From: Psammoneis japonica | Lineage: Eukaryota | Length of the DNA: 64,000 nucleotides | Reading direction: 5' to 3' | NCBI GenBank assembly: GCA_008632985.1 | Contig: QPGO01000118.1 | Coordinates: 62,001-126,000 of the forward strand | Part shown: one piece after another, positions 1 through 12,304 of the stretch | How the letters are laid out: the number at the start of each line of letters is the position of its first letter | Numbering within the stretch: position 1 is the first letter of the stretch | The notes under the pieces: generated by a model | Seen by the model: only the letters and a program-made list of their open reading frames with translations | Told to the model about the DNA's origin: nothing | Databases searched by the model: none | Program-made: the position numbers and the translations under genes

Positions 1-498
1 GGCGTGCACGTCACATTGAAACAACCGGACTCTACAACAAATTCAGTGGGTGAATTTCGAAACGATATTTTACAAATATTACAAACCAAGGAAAATAACA
101 TTGGCATACTCGTGGTTTCCTTTGCTCGATCGTCCTTGGGACAAACGGGAGAGGGCCACTTTTCACCCATTGCCGCCTACCACGCCGCGTCCGATTCGGT
201 ATTGATTTTGGACGTGGCCCGATTCAAGTATGCACCCTATTGGGTTACCGTAAGTGACTTGTACAGAGCCATGGAGCCATTGGATCCAGCCACGGACAAG
301 CCACGGGGATGGTTTCTCATGGTGCCTCCCGAGAAAAACGCCTATGCCACCGTGACGGAGGAACACCGACGACCGGTGGAAATTGTGCCCGAGTCTGGCG
401 AGGCTGATATTTGTCCCATTGGAAAGTTCAAAGTCGAGTACTGCTCTGCGAGACGACGAGAACAGGTGAATGCAGAAAAAGTGTCAAATCTACAATGA
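1..498 (+). CDS. PCS: Phytochelatin synthase, 3' part (5' end outside window)
   Basis: Motifs LGQTGEGHFSPIAAYH and VLILDVARFKYAPYWV (catalytic His/Asp region of the PCS papain-like domain). Confidence 0.9.
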   Translation, partial: GVHVTLKQPDSTTNSVGEFRNDILQILQTKENNIGILVVSFARSSLGQTGEGHFSPIAAYHAASDSVLILDVARFKYAPYWVTVSDLYRAMEPLDPATDKPRGWFLMVPPEKNAYATVTEEHRRPVEIVPESGEADICPIGKFKVEYCSARRREQVNAEKVSNLQ

Positions 499-637
499 GC
501 TAGACTCTCTCGCTTTATAGAGTCTTCTGGCCCACGACTACGTAATTATTCTCCCAGAGATCAAAAGCGCCGCTTGCTTTTCCAACAGTTTCTAGTTGTT
601 TGGGCACCATAAGGCATACTAACAACTCCCATCACCT

Positions 638-1560
638 TCAGTATTCTATAATTCTCGGTTCTTGCTCTGGCTCTTGCGCTTTTTTATGCAGTTGCATTTG
701 AAAAAACAGTATAGTCCCAACCACGACACAGATGGTCGTCCATTCGGCTCCGTCCTTGTTGTACCTCCAATGCCACAAATCCAAGTGTTGGAATAATAGC
801 TGCTCGCCAAGGGCACAAATCGATCCGGCCAAAATTCCCGCCGCGTGTCCCCACAAGTCTTGTTTCTGGAAAAAGGGATAAAGCACGGCGAGTTGCAACA
901 CGTGCACCAGAGGAATGGGCATGCTGACCAGCGCGTCCAGTACAGTTGGGGCATTTTCAACAAGCCAGTTTGATACAAATTCGGGCACGATGGATTCGTT
1001 GTAATGATAAGAGGAAAAGGCATTCAAGGCCAGCACGACACCGGTAAAGCCAATGCGGCTCGTGAACGTATCGCCCGGTTGCCACTCTTTGACAATCCAA
1101 ACATTCATTACTCCCACCAAGAAGACTAAAAACACCACAAAGAGAAAATAACCCAGAGCCGGTAGTGTCGATTTGCTCTCGACTGTTGACAGTTTCATCA
1201 AGCAAAGCACCGAAAAGAGCAAATGCACCTTGTTGTAGTGAATCAACTGCCCCGTCCAGATACGTGTCGCTTTTCCCTCCAGGATGGAACCCGGTTGAAA
1301 CGAATACAACATGTTGAAGGATGGATCGATCGTTGGAGTTCCTCGAACAAAGTGTTCTCGTAGTTGTGCATAAATCATGACGAGAATCAAACTCGACGTG
1401 ACGGGTGCCAGTCTCGACATGCTTGATGAATAGACAACATAGGAAAGACCGACACACGTCAAAAACAACAGAGCATCGACTTGTTTGTTCGATATGATGG
1501 CATTCAGTGTTGCTTAAAGGAATTTTGGGTGTTGGGTGCTGCTGCAGTGGCGCTACTCAT
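638..1560 (-). CDS. Rhomboid-like multi-pass membrane protein
   Basis: RIWTGQLIH..HLLF, IGFTGVVLAL (GxSG position), WGHAAGILAG (HxxGxxxG). Probable ATG at 1560 joins the 638-1468 ORF only via a 1-nt frameshift near 1515. Confidence 0.55.
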
Positions 1561-1929
1561 GGTGAATTGCTGCTGCAACCTGCAACGTGTCAAAAGCGGT
1601 CATTGTGAGCTGTCGCTGAAATCCTGAAAGAAAAACGATCCGTCAGTAGGCGGACAGACGGAGAGTTGAGTCTTGGGAATGAATGAAATCGAGTCGTGCT
1701 TTTCCAAGTTTCAGATTTCGGATTCGGATGTTGTTTTGCCAGCTGTCACACGCTGACACCGGGATATTTGCTTGAAGCAGCAACCGAAAAGGTGAAATGC
1801 AGGAAAAGCAAAAACGAGCTATAGCGCTGCAAGTCTACGAGACTCACACACCCTCATTTGCTGTCGTCCAGTAAACAAGAAATGCAAAAGGAGGAGTCTA
1901 ATCGCACCGTCTGAACCATCCCTCTAAAA

Positions 1930-2769
1930 ATGTTGATTCAACTCGAGAACAATCCCAATCTCGAACGATTGGCATGGGGCGCATGCATGATTTTCTCTGT
2001 ACTCTATTTTGTACTCTTTTATCAAACCGCCACAAACACCGAGAATCCACCCTTTGGTCACGGCATGACGGATGGTTTTTGTGTTTGGGACTTTCCTCCG
2101 CCGCACGACGACGAAACGTGTGATTATTGGAATTCCCATCGAATCGCCTGGTGGCTGGATTTGACCATGACGGGAATTGCCTTGGTGTTGTGGATGATTC
2201 AAGTGAAAACCGAGGGCTACAACAAAACGACCATGACGTTGTTTGTAGGAATTGCAGCTGTGATTTTGGTTCACGGTTTGTTGCATGGTTGGATTGCAAG
2301 CATGGGGTGCTTCTTGCCCATTCACGACAGTCAAGTCGTTCGGGACTGGGGTGAATTCTTCTACGCAGCCTTTACTTTTATGCTTTGCATGGTCTTGTTT
2401 GTGTTTGGAGTGCCTGAAATGAAACAAAAGACCATGTGGGCAGGCGGGATTGCGCTCGTGACATTGATCATTACCAAGAATATTGTACCCGAGTATTCAC
2501 TCTCGACTCTTTTTGCAGTATCACATCCATTGAGTTCGTTTGTAGGATTCATAAGTACGTCGGGATACTTGACATGGCCTGTTGGCATTGTATTTCTTTT
2601 GGCTACCCTTGCCGGCATTGTCGAGTTGGTGGCGTGTGCGTCGTTCCATTTGAGCGTGGGAGGTCATGTTTGGTATGATTTGTTTCTTCACATTGCCATG
2701 CTGGTGGCGCTCTTGCTGGCACCGTCTCCTGAAAATGAAACCAAGGAACCGAAACCGAAGGACGCGTAG
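1930..2769 (+). CDS. Uncharacterised polytopic membrane protein (copy 1, intact)
   Basis: 279-aa ATG ORF with many hydrophobic segments and a C-terminal GGHVWYD motif; normal dinucleotide composition. Confidence 0.75.
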   Translation: MLIQLENNPNLERLAWGACMIFSVLYFVLFYQTATNTENPPFGHGMTDGFCVWDFPPPHDDETCDYWNSHRIAWWLDLTMTGIALVLWMIQVKTEGYNKTTMTLFVGIAAVILVHGLLHGWIASMGCFLPIHDSQVVRDWGEFFYAAFTFMLCMVLFVFGVPEMKQKTMWAGGIALVTLIITKNIVPEYSLSTLFAVSHPLSSFVGFISTSGYLTWPVGIVFLLATLAGIVELVACASFHLSVGGHVWYDLFLHIAMLVALLLAPSPENETKEPKPKDA

Positions 2770-3070
2770 CTTCGAATATATTCCAAAGTCATAACTGATT
2801 GCACAGCCTCACGTCTATTTTAATTTGCTATTCAGCACTATCCTCCTAATCAGGCAATTCACTCTAGAATTCTGTGTCTGGCGGTTTGAAAGTGATAAAT
2901 GATACTATTGTTTTTTAAGAATATACACAACTTTGTGGAATGGAAACATGTTGCATTTGCTTATCGCCCGTGGCTTGCCTTTACTCAAACAGAGCAGGAC
3001 TCGAATGCCCAGCCCAGAGCAATCTCAATGAGAACAAGAGAGAACCTGGCAAGCGATCCGGGCTCGCAGA

Positions 3071-3553
3071 TTAGTTGATGGGCTGTTCGTTTCCATTGCC
3101 TTGCACATGGTGTGCTGGCCGTTGATGTCTCCTACGTCTCCTACGTCGTGCTCCTATAAGACGCATAAAGACCAAGATCCGATCTCCGTGCCGAATTCCG
3201 TACGAACGAACTAGGCGTTCTCCCACCAGCTGCTGTCCTCCGAAAAGCAGGCGCTGTTGATCAGCTGGAATACCATCAATATTCTGCATCGTTGCCATCA
3301 AATCATTTACCGTGTCGTTGTACCTGACAAATGCTTGATATTTGCGACCTGTTGTGTTGCTGATCTTCACGTTGAAGCCCAACTGTGGGAGCCGCGCGCT
3401 CAGCTCTCTGTGTTCTTGTTCTACCTTCTTTCTGTTTTCTTGTTCTAGCTTCAGCTCTCTGTTTTCTTGTTCTAGCTTCTTGTTCTCCTCAAGGACCTCC
3501 AACATGGCTTTGTCGCGTATGGCAGCGGCAACAAAGCGGCCAAGATCCGTCAT
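3071..3553 (-). CDS. Coiled-coil + ubiquitin-like domain protein (copy 1)
   Basis: MTDLGRFVAAAIRDK, ENRE heptads, then UBL fold DTVNDL..GIPADQQRLLFGGQQL..LVRSYGI; Arg-rich tail. Confidence 0.8.
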   Translation of the reverse strand: MTDLGRFVAAAIRDKAMLEVLEENKKLEQENRELKLEQENRKKVEQEHRELSARLPQLGFNVKISNTTGRKYQAFVRYNDTVNDLMATMQNIDGIPADQQRLLFGGQQLVGERLVRSYGIRHGDRILVFMRLIGARRRRRRRHQRPAHHVQGNGNEQPIN

Positions 3554-3774
3554 GATTGCAACTCCTGTTCGACTTCTCTTGCGCGTCCAGTTCTTTTCTT
3601 GCGTTGCTGTATGGATGCTATTGTGTGCCGTATTGTGCCTCGTGCCTCGTGGCGGGCGGTGTGTCAATTTCGCTCGCAAATCGGCTCATGCCCAAAGAAT
3701 GATCAAGCAGACTAATGCCAACAAATGCTGTCTGCACTGTGATGGACAAGCTGACAATTTCAAACGAGCCGAAA

Positions 3775-6687
3775 GATGCTCGTTCGGCCTCTTGAGGTGA
3801 TCTGAATGCAGGTGCCAAAACCAACTGAATGGGGAGTGGTGGGACTTCACTGGCGCAGCTGGCACTTTTGGCTGCCCAGCCGACTCTTGTTGCCAAAGCT
3901 CTTTGGAAGAATGAGAGGCAAGCAGCAAACTCGTGTGCCAGCTTGGTGCCATGTGTTCAGCGTTGGTGATGGGGAGAATGACCGACTTGCCATTGAGTCA
4001 TCAACTGGCAACGGGCCATCTGCACCCCCCCCTTGTTGGCCCACATGAGGCCAGCAACTTGCACTGCTTTGCTCACTCAGCCCCTCTTGTGGTGATCTGA
4101 ATCTGGGTGCCAGAGCCTGGCCAAATGACAGAGAAGAGTTGAGTGTCTGCAGTGTGGACCGAGGGGGCAGCAGCGCACTCCGCGGGATGCAGCAGAAAGA
4201 AGAATTCCAAGGTGGGAGACTGGTCATCATGTTGGCTGGTGCTTGTGAACTGGGGCGGTTGGTTGAAGATGCGGCATGTGGGATCCAAAAGAGGGTGGTG
4301 ACAGGGGCCAGCCGGTTGGGTGCCAGAGGGTCTTCTTCTTTCTTGTGGAAATGGATTTGGCGGGCAAGTCGGAAATCAATGTTGACTTGTTGGGGTGTGC
4401 AGCAGCATGGATCCAGGGGCCCCCCATTGCAGCAAATGTTTGGCCAGTTGAGTGCAGGGCACACTCGGTGGTTCTTGCCTGGATGATGGGGTTGCCCCTC
4501 CTCCTCTGGGTGCAATGATGCCAGTGCAGTGTTGGTGCAGCGTTGAGACTTGAAAGAAGACAACCTGGTCTGCGACATCTTGAAGCAGAGGGTTGATGGC
4601 CAGATTGATGCAAAATTGTCGCCATTTGTCCCAGCGGGTGTTGGAGGAGGAGGAGGCAGAAGGGGTGGTGCCATGGTGGGCAATGGTGCACTGCACAGCA
4701 CTGAGGTCACACAGGAGTGCAGTGCAGATGGCGGGGTCCAGAGTCACCAGGATGGAGTCTGTGGGGATGGTGAGTGTCAAAATGGCACAGAAAGGTGTGG
4801 CTGGACAATGACTGCAAGTGTCGTGAGGCATTGTCAGCAGCTGCTTCAAGCAGGCTCAGAAAGCAATCATCAAGGGAGAGGCAGCAGCGATGGCGGTGAT
4901 GCTGGCCCCGGTGGCGGAGGAGCTTGGAGGCTGCTTTCACTGTGGCAGTGGAGCCTTTGCATTGGCAGTGCTTGTTGGACAACCAGATGCTGATGCCACT
5001 GATGCTTGTCAGCGGCACACAAAACCAAAGCAAAAACAGATTTCACTTTTTTCATTCTCACCAAATTGTGGCCCAGCACTTTTGCAACCTTCATGATGCC
5101 AGCTCAATCTTTCAAACTGAGTTGCCACTTGTCAATTCTTTGTCATTGTTGTTCAACCTCCTGCAGAGCCAGGGAACCATGTCGCTCCACTTGACACATG
5201 TTTTTTTGTGAAAATCGACAGCACCACCACCGAGTTGTGACCAAGACCCACCGGCCCGTTTTGCGGTCGGCAGACACACATTTTTTCACACCACACCACA
5301 TTGACACCAACAGCTGCAATGATGTGATGATTTTGTTTTTGCCACTGGGACAGAATCACCATGACAGGGAAAGTTGCCAGTTTTGCACCACAGACTTCCG
5401 CACCAAATCCGCGCCACATCTGTTGTCCATCAGTGCTGTCAAATCTTTCCTCAAGTTGGAAGCATCCAAGCCATTGCTCGCTGAGAACAGCACTGCAGCA
5501 TGGAGTTGGCTTGGCTCACAAATTCAATGTCACTGGGACAGTGCTGCATGGGCAGGAGCGCTGCTGTGAGCCAACACAAATGGCTGGGTGCAATGATGGT
5601 GTTTGTTTGTTGGTGCCTCCCAAGTTTCTGGTGATTTCATTCCTTTTAGATGGCTGGCATGTTTGGAGCATTTTCCCCTGCCACCGCCAACAACGTCATT
5701 GAACAATCAACCATGGGATGAAATGAGTTCTGGCAAGTGAGTGTGCTGTCTTTCATGCTGTTTCTCTCTTCCAGCACTGCCGCATTTCTCACTTTTTTTG
5801 TCCAATTCATTTAATTGCTTCTTGCAGAGGTGGAATTTGTGCGTGCACCCAGCTCATTGCTTGCTGTCTCTGAATCACCATCTCATGCTCTGTGGCAAGT
5901 GCATCCAGTGTGTGCATTCTCTGCATCAACTCATTTTGTTTTTTCTCAACCTCTTTGTTTTGCAATGATGTCTGTTCCTTGTTCTGCAGAAAAATGATGC
6001 CCAGTTGGGTGGCAAAGAAGAGGGCACAGGGGTGCAGCACCATTGCTGTGACTGCTGCTGCTGGGGGTGTGGCCCCATTTGGGTGGTGACAAGAAGGTGT
6101 GCTGCCACTGCGACTGCCACAACTGCTGCTGTGGCTGTTTTTACTTGTGTCTCTGGTGGGGCAAAAACTGCTGTTGCTGTGACCACTGCGGCTGTGACTG
6201 CTGTGGACGGGGATTCCTTTGGTTGGTTGATGACAAGGGGACAAGGCGCAGCACCATGGTGGATGTCCCATGCACATTCTCAGTGTTGACTCTCTTTCTT
6301 GTTTTCTCAACCTGTTTGTTTTGCATTGACACTTGTCCCCGCAGCTGCTCCAACAGTCGGGTGACAAGAAGGGGACAGGGCATCACCGCGGCACTCCCAC
6401 AGTGAATGCTGCTGCAGCTGCAGCCATGGCTGTTGTTGCTTGCAATGCTGGTGGGGCAACAACTGCTGCCAACTGCTGCTGCTGTGACCACTGCTGTGCT
6501 GCTGCTGTGACAGTTGGTTGGCAAGAATGGGGCATGGTGTGATGCTGTGGTGGATGTCCCGTGCACGTTCTCTTTGTTGTTCATCAACATTTGCCTCTGC
6601 TGCTGCTGCTGCTGCTGCTGCAATTTCTGTGGTTGGGTGACAAGAAGGGGATGCAGCACCAGTTGGGCCATGAGAAAGGCACTTGGC

Positions 6688-6723
<36 letters not shown>

Positions 6724-9700
6724 GCTGCCACTTGGGACTGTGGTGGGGTGGCACATTTTCTGCCAAATTGTCAACATTGACATTTGTTGGTGGAAACACC
6801 CCACTCTCCACACCCATGGAACATTGCAAATGGGGCTTGTGCTGCACTCATGATGCTGACACCATCTGATGCCAAAGGTTTGCTTGATTGCTGCGACAAT
6901 GGATTGAGTCTGGACACCAAATTGGAGTGTGTCTCACAAATGACATGGTTTGTCCTGTGCAGGACCTGGTTTGCAATTGCCGTGCATCATTTTTGTCCAT
7001 TTGCTGTTGGATTTCTGCTGAGCATTGTGGCTGGGTGTCGTGCAGCCTCTGCTGGCTTGCTGCTCTCTGCTCCAGCTGGCAGTCAACAGGTGTTTGCTGC
7101 ATGGAATGAAAGGACAGCAGCTGAAATGGATCAAGCAACATCTTAACCTGCACACAGTGCTGCATGCAATGTCAGCCTGACTGTTTTTTCCAGATGGCAG
7201 CAATGGATGTTTTGGGATTCACTGCTGCTGCGGCAAGAGTCCTGCATTGACTGATCAGTCCACATCATCCTGCTTCTTCTTGTTTGACATTTTCTTGACT
7301 CTCCAAAGACATTTTCAAAGGCATCTCCAGTGCTCTTCTTTCTCCATTTTGGCCTGAACCCTGACAATGTCTTTGGCAAGCACACCCCCGCCCAGCACTG
7401 CAGGAAGAGAAGCACTGGGAACAGCAGGAAGAGTTGCTCAAATTCATGGTCTTTGCATCTCATGGAGCAAGCAATGGCGCCACCGCTTGGAAAGCCATTG
7501 CCAGATGACAGAGACTGGGAAGAATGTCTCATCTTCTTCTCTCTTGCCATCACTGCAAATGAAGACAATGGCCGCAGTTCATCAGCCACACATCCTCAGT
7601 TCCAAGGGGTTCACTCTGGTGGTGAGTTTTATGACATGTCTTGCCGGTGTCTCCAGCAGGAGCAACAAGCTTGCTGGGTGGATGGTGCATGATGCACAGG
7701 CCAGTGCCACTTGAGAAACTAAAATGGAGCATGTGGTGGTGGTCCAGATCATCATCATCACCATCAGCACACATTGGTTTGAGTTGATGCCTGCATGACA
7801 TGCACCCCAAATGCACTCAGCCTGCATTTGTTGAGTGGGTTCTTGGCCCAACTGTGGTGTCTTTGCACTCTTGATTTTGGAAGCTGCAAGCCTTGACTTG
7901 GGCAGCAGCAGCAGCCCCTTGTGCGTGATTCCTCCACACAAGAAGATGCCCAGCTGCACAAGGTGAGGAGGCACCAGCCAACCTGCAAAGATGACAAGGG
8001 AACCATCTGTGTGATGGGACTGATGCAAGCAGCACTCCATTGTCTTGGGATGGCTTTTGGTGGCTCATCCTGCAAGAAAGACAAGGGAGCCATCTGTGTG
8101 ACAGTGCAAGCACTCAGCAGTCTGGGGGCGGGCACAAGAGACTCTGTTGGGTCCAGGAGGAGGCAGCAACAACAGTGGTTGGGAAGGAAAAGCCTTGTCT
8201 TGGGCCAGTGCAGCCCCTTTTCTTTCTGATGTGATTGGCTTGCTTTGGTGACCCAGCCACCCCACTTGCAGAGGCAATGCAGGGAGCTTTCTGTGTGACA
8301 GCGCAAGTGCCCAGATGTCTTTTGCTGGCCATGGGTGATTCCATTGTGTCCCAAGAGAGCCAACAACAACCTTGGTTGGGGAGCAAAGGCTTGTCTTGTG
8401 TCAATGTGGCCCCTTTTCTTTTTGACATGACTGGGGGCTTCTTTGGCCCAGCCAACACACCTGTGCAGAGACCATGGAGTGAAGCAAAAACACATTCACT
8501 GTAGAAATGACAAAACACAGCTAGCACAAACACATTGCAAGCAACACACAGCCAATGCACTAGCATCTTAATGAGACAAATGAATGTTGCAGTTGTCAGA
8601 AATGTGCAATGTTGCAGAGCAGTCACAATTGCACCCTTGTCAAGAAGTTTCATTGACCATTGTTTCCCACTTGGAAGGTGGCATTGATTGTGAACGTGAA
8701 CTGAATCATTTCAAAACCATTGTGGTCACAATCTTGTCAAGACCAAACAAAGAATTAGAGTCATTTTCATTTGAGTGTCAAACCCCACTTGGAGTGTTGA
8801 AAAGATCATCAAAATTGCTTCATGCACAATTGATGAGCACTTGTTAAGAGCACAGGATTCTTGACAAGCAAGTGCAAGTTGTGAACAAGAGCCACAACAT
8901 TTTCCAGATGATGGCTCGTGAAAATGGCACTTGTTGTGCAAACAGTCCTGAGTCCATTTGAGGCCTTGATCAGCAGCCCATGCAGGAACAACTCAAAGTT
9001 GTGGGATGTGGAATGGTGTTTGGTGTCAGAAGTGCAGTGCTGACAGCACCATGACTGGCTGCATTGTGGCAGCTGGTGACTGTTGGCAGAAGTGGCACCA
9101 GCTTGTCAGTTCTTGGAAATTGTCCAGGATTGAGCAAAAGTTGGCGGCAAAACAGACTTGGTCATCCAATGTTGTGTGGAATGGTGCTTCTTGGAGCTTG
9201 GAAAACAACTCACATGAGTGGCACCAGATGCATGTGGCACAAACCATTGGCCAGGTTGATCTCAATGAGGTGGATTCAACCACAAGCCAGGTTGGCTGAA
9301 AGGATGCGTCACAGCAGCCAACCAAGTGTCCGGCCAAATTGCGTTAACTCTGCAAGTGCATTGGGATGTGTTGATGTGTTCATCATGCCGCAAAAGGTGC
9401 AGTCAACAATTGGGCATGGTCTGTGCCCATGTTGTGGCAGTGCTTTGATCAGGCAAAAATGCAGCCCTGGGATGTCCTTGTTGCATGGCAAGGTGGCACC
9501 ACCCAGAAACCTTTGTTCACCACATCTGCCATGTCTTTTGCAAGAACTCAATGTGTTTGCATGCAGACTTGTGTTGTCCCCTTGTGATGCTGCCTTCAAG
9601 CTCAGCAGCATTGGACCATGGATGATCAGCCACTGTGGCTGGCATGCCTTGGTGTTTGCAGCCTGTCACCATGCGGTGTGCTGTGTGTTGGGGTGCATGC

Positions 9701-9925
9701 TGGTCAGTGGTCCCCTGTTCCCAGTTTTGCCCTGCTGCTGTGCAGTTGCAACAAGCAACTGGGGCCTCTTGAGCAAAGGAGATTGGCATCACAAACACCA
9801 ACTCAGTCACCCAGTTTGTCAGCATGTGCTGATGCAGTGATGTCCTGACCCCACATGAAGTGGCAATGCTGCCTCTCTTTGACTCCACTTGCGGGGGTTG
9901 TGGATGCACAGGTCTGGTCTGTGCA
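3775..9925 (-). mobile_element. Degenerate DIRS/Ngaro-like tyrosine-recombinase retrotransposon relic (copy X1) with unassigned Gln-rich interior
   Basis: Minus-strand remnants in RT-RNaseH-YR order: RGQHKSACKHIEFL / RPCPIVDCTF / QFGRTL (~9700-9200), KGSTATVKAAS / ADNASR (~5000-4750), WDKWRQFC / GQTFAAMG / IDFRLARQI / FFFLLHPAEC (~4640-4140). Many frameshifts; TpA almost absent. Confidence 0.75.
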
Positions 9926-9929
9926 GAGT

Positions 9930-10537
9930 TGAATTGCACTGCAAACCATCTCTCTAAAAAGAATGTGTTGATTCAATTCAAGAACAACCCCAATCTTGAA
10001 CGCTTGTTGGCATGGGGTGCATGCATGATTTTCTCTCTGCACTCTGTTTTGTTTTCTTTGTCAAACTGCCACAAACACCGCCCTTTGGTCATGGCATGAC
10101 TTTTGTGTTTGGTGCTTTCCTCCACCGACTGACGACGATGACGAAACGTGTGATTGTTGGAATTCCCATCGAATCGCCTGGTGGCTGGATTAGGCCATGA
10201 CGGTGATGGCCTTGGTGTTGGGGATGATTCAAATGAAAACTGAGGGCTGCAACAAAACGACCATGACGTTGTTTGTAGGAATCGCCGCAGTGATCCATTG
10301 AGCTCGTTTGTGGGATTCATAAGTACGTCAGGACACTTGACGTGGCCTGTTGGCATTGTATTTGTTATGGCTACCCTTGCCGGCATTGTCGAGTTGGTGG
10401 CGTGTGCGTCGTTCCATTTGAGCGTGGGAGGTCATGTTTGGTATGATTTGTTTCTTCACATTGCCATGCTGGTGGCGCTCTTGCTGGCACCGTCTCCTGA
10501 AAATGGAACCAAGGAACCGAAACCGAAGGACGCGTAG
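9930..10537 (+). pseudogene. Membrane-protein gene copy 2 (5' half mutated, ~260-bp internal deletion)
   Basis: Aligns to 1900-2769; segment equivalent to ~2265-2525 is missing; 3' end nearly identical to copy 1. Confidence 0.85.
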
Positions 10538-10838
10538 CTTCGAATATATTCCAAAGTCATAACTGCTTGCACAGCCTCACATCTATTTTAATTTGCTATT
10601 CAGCACTATCCTCCTAAGCAGGCAATTCACTCTAGAATTCTGTGTCTGGCGGCTTGAGAGTGATAAATGATACTATTGTTTTTTAAGAATATACACAACT
10701 TTGTGGAATGCAAACATGTTGCATTTTCTTATCGCCCGTGGCTCGCCTTTACTCAAACAGAGCAGGACTCGAATGCCCAGCCCAGAGCAATCTCAATGAG
10801 AACAAGAGAGAACCTGGCAAGCGATCCGGGCTCGCAGA

Positions 10839-11321
10839 TTAGTTGATGGGCTGTTCGTTTCCATTGCCTTGCACATGGTGTGCTGGCCGTTGATGTCTCC
10901 TACGTCTCCTACGTCGTGCTCCTATAAGACGCATAAAGACCAAGATCCGATCTCCGTGCCGAATTCCGTACGAACGAACTAGGCGTTCTCCCACCAGCTG
11001 CTGTCCTCCGAAAAGCAGGCGCTGTTGATCAGCTGGAATACCATCAATATTCTGCATCGTTGCCATCAAATCATTTACCGTGTCGTTGTACCTGACAAAT
11101 GCTTGATATTTGCGATCTGTTGTGTTGCTGATCTTCACGTTGAAGCCCAACTGTGGGAGCCGCGCGCTCAGCTCTCTGTGTTCTTGTTCTACCTTCTTTC
11201 TGTTTTCTTGTTCTAGCTTCAGCTCTCTGTTTTCTTGTTCTAGCTTCTTGTTCTCCTCAAGGACCTCCAACATGGCTTTGTCGCGTGTGGCAGCGGCAAC
11301 AAAGCGGCCAAGATCTGTCAT
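10839..11321 (-). CDS. Coiled-coil + ubiquitin-like domain protein (copy 2)
   Basis: 483-nt CDS; I see only three substitutions relative to 3071-3553. Confidence 0.8.
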   Translation of the reverse strand: MTDLGRFVAAATRDKAMLEVLEENKKLEQENRELKLEQENRKKVEQEHRELSARLPQLGFNVKISNTTDRKYQAFVRYNDTVNDLMATMQNIDGIPADQQRLLFGGQQLVGERLVRSYGIRHGDRILVFMRLIGARRRRRRRHQRPAHHVQGNGNEQPIN

Positions 11322-11466
11322 GATTGCAACTCCTGTTCGACTTCTCTTGCGCGTCCAGTTCTTTTCTTGCGTTGCTGTATGGATGGATGCTAATGTTGTG
11401 TACCGTATTGTTCCTCGTGCGGCAAAGCGGCTGAAGTTCGGTGCGCGCACGCACGTGTGTCAGGCT

Positions 11467-12304
11467 CGGTCTACAGGTGAACCGCGCCGGATCGGATCGC
11501 CGGATCGGATCGCGTCAGAATTCCGTTAGTCGACAGGTGGAACCGGATCGGATCGCGGATCGGATTCGACATTTTGATGAGTCGCAAAACGACGTAAGTT
11601 TCAAGATTCCAAATTCTCAAGAACAACAAAGCACTGAAATAGCGAACAACAGAGAGAGTGTGGCCATGATGCTTCACATCTTGTCATAACGAGACAATAT
11701 GACGACAGAACTATGCTGTTATTACTGCTTTACATACTTACTTGACCGCATCATTGAGCATCATTGTCACTCAGTGTTTGCAGCACGCTAAGGAAGAAAA
11801 AGCTATCACTTTTGCAATTCAGAAACTGACGCTATGTTTTCGTATTGAAATTTCGAATTACATAATAAATACTTGTTATTTTGCTTATTTAATGTTTCTC
11901 CAACAAATCTTTACGGCATTATCGGTTTGACAAGCTATTCTATTGCCATACGACCTTTTTCATCTCCATTTCAAGCATGGGAAGAGTAAGGCTGTAATGC
12001 TAAGGAAGTTCTGTGCCCTTATGGCTGAATGTTATGCCGCCCTGTATCATAATCGTGTGATGTTGCGCCATTGTCGTGATGACGGCACGGAATCTTCCAA
12101 ATTCGATCCGACATCCGATCCGGATTTTCGGATCGGACGGTCTTCGGAGCAAAATATTTTACTCCGAAGACCGTCCGATCCGAGATGGCGGATCAGTCCC
12201 ACGAAGGCCACGGATCGACTTTTTGACTCGATGGACTAATATTTTAATGGGTTATGAAGGAGTCGATCCGGCGATCCGATCCGGCTCGGTTCACCTGTAG
12301 ACCG
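11467..12304. mobile_element. Non-autonomous TIR element (MITE-like, 838 bp)
   Basis: ~40-bp TIRs CGGTCTACAGGTGAACCG(C/A)GCCGGATCGGATCGCCGGATCG; subterminal CGGAT arrays; no coding capacity recognised. Confidence 0.85.

Noticed and set aside
5980..6730. (CTG)n tracts and recurring GGGTGACAAGAAGGGG modules as a CRISPR-like array
   Set aside because: Irregular spacing, degenerate units, no constant repeat with unique spacers, and a eukaryotic context.
11481..12290. CGGAT arrays as satellite or telomeric repeat
   Set aside because: Confined to the subterminal parts of a TIR element and in inverted orientation at the two ends.
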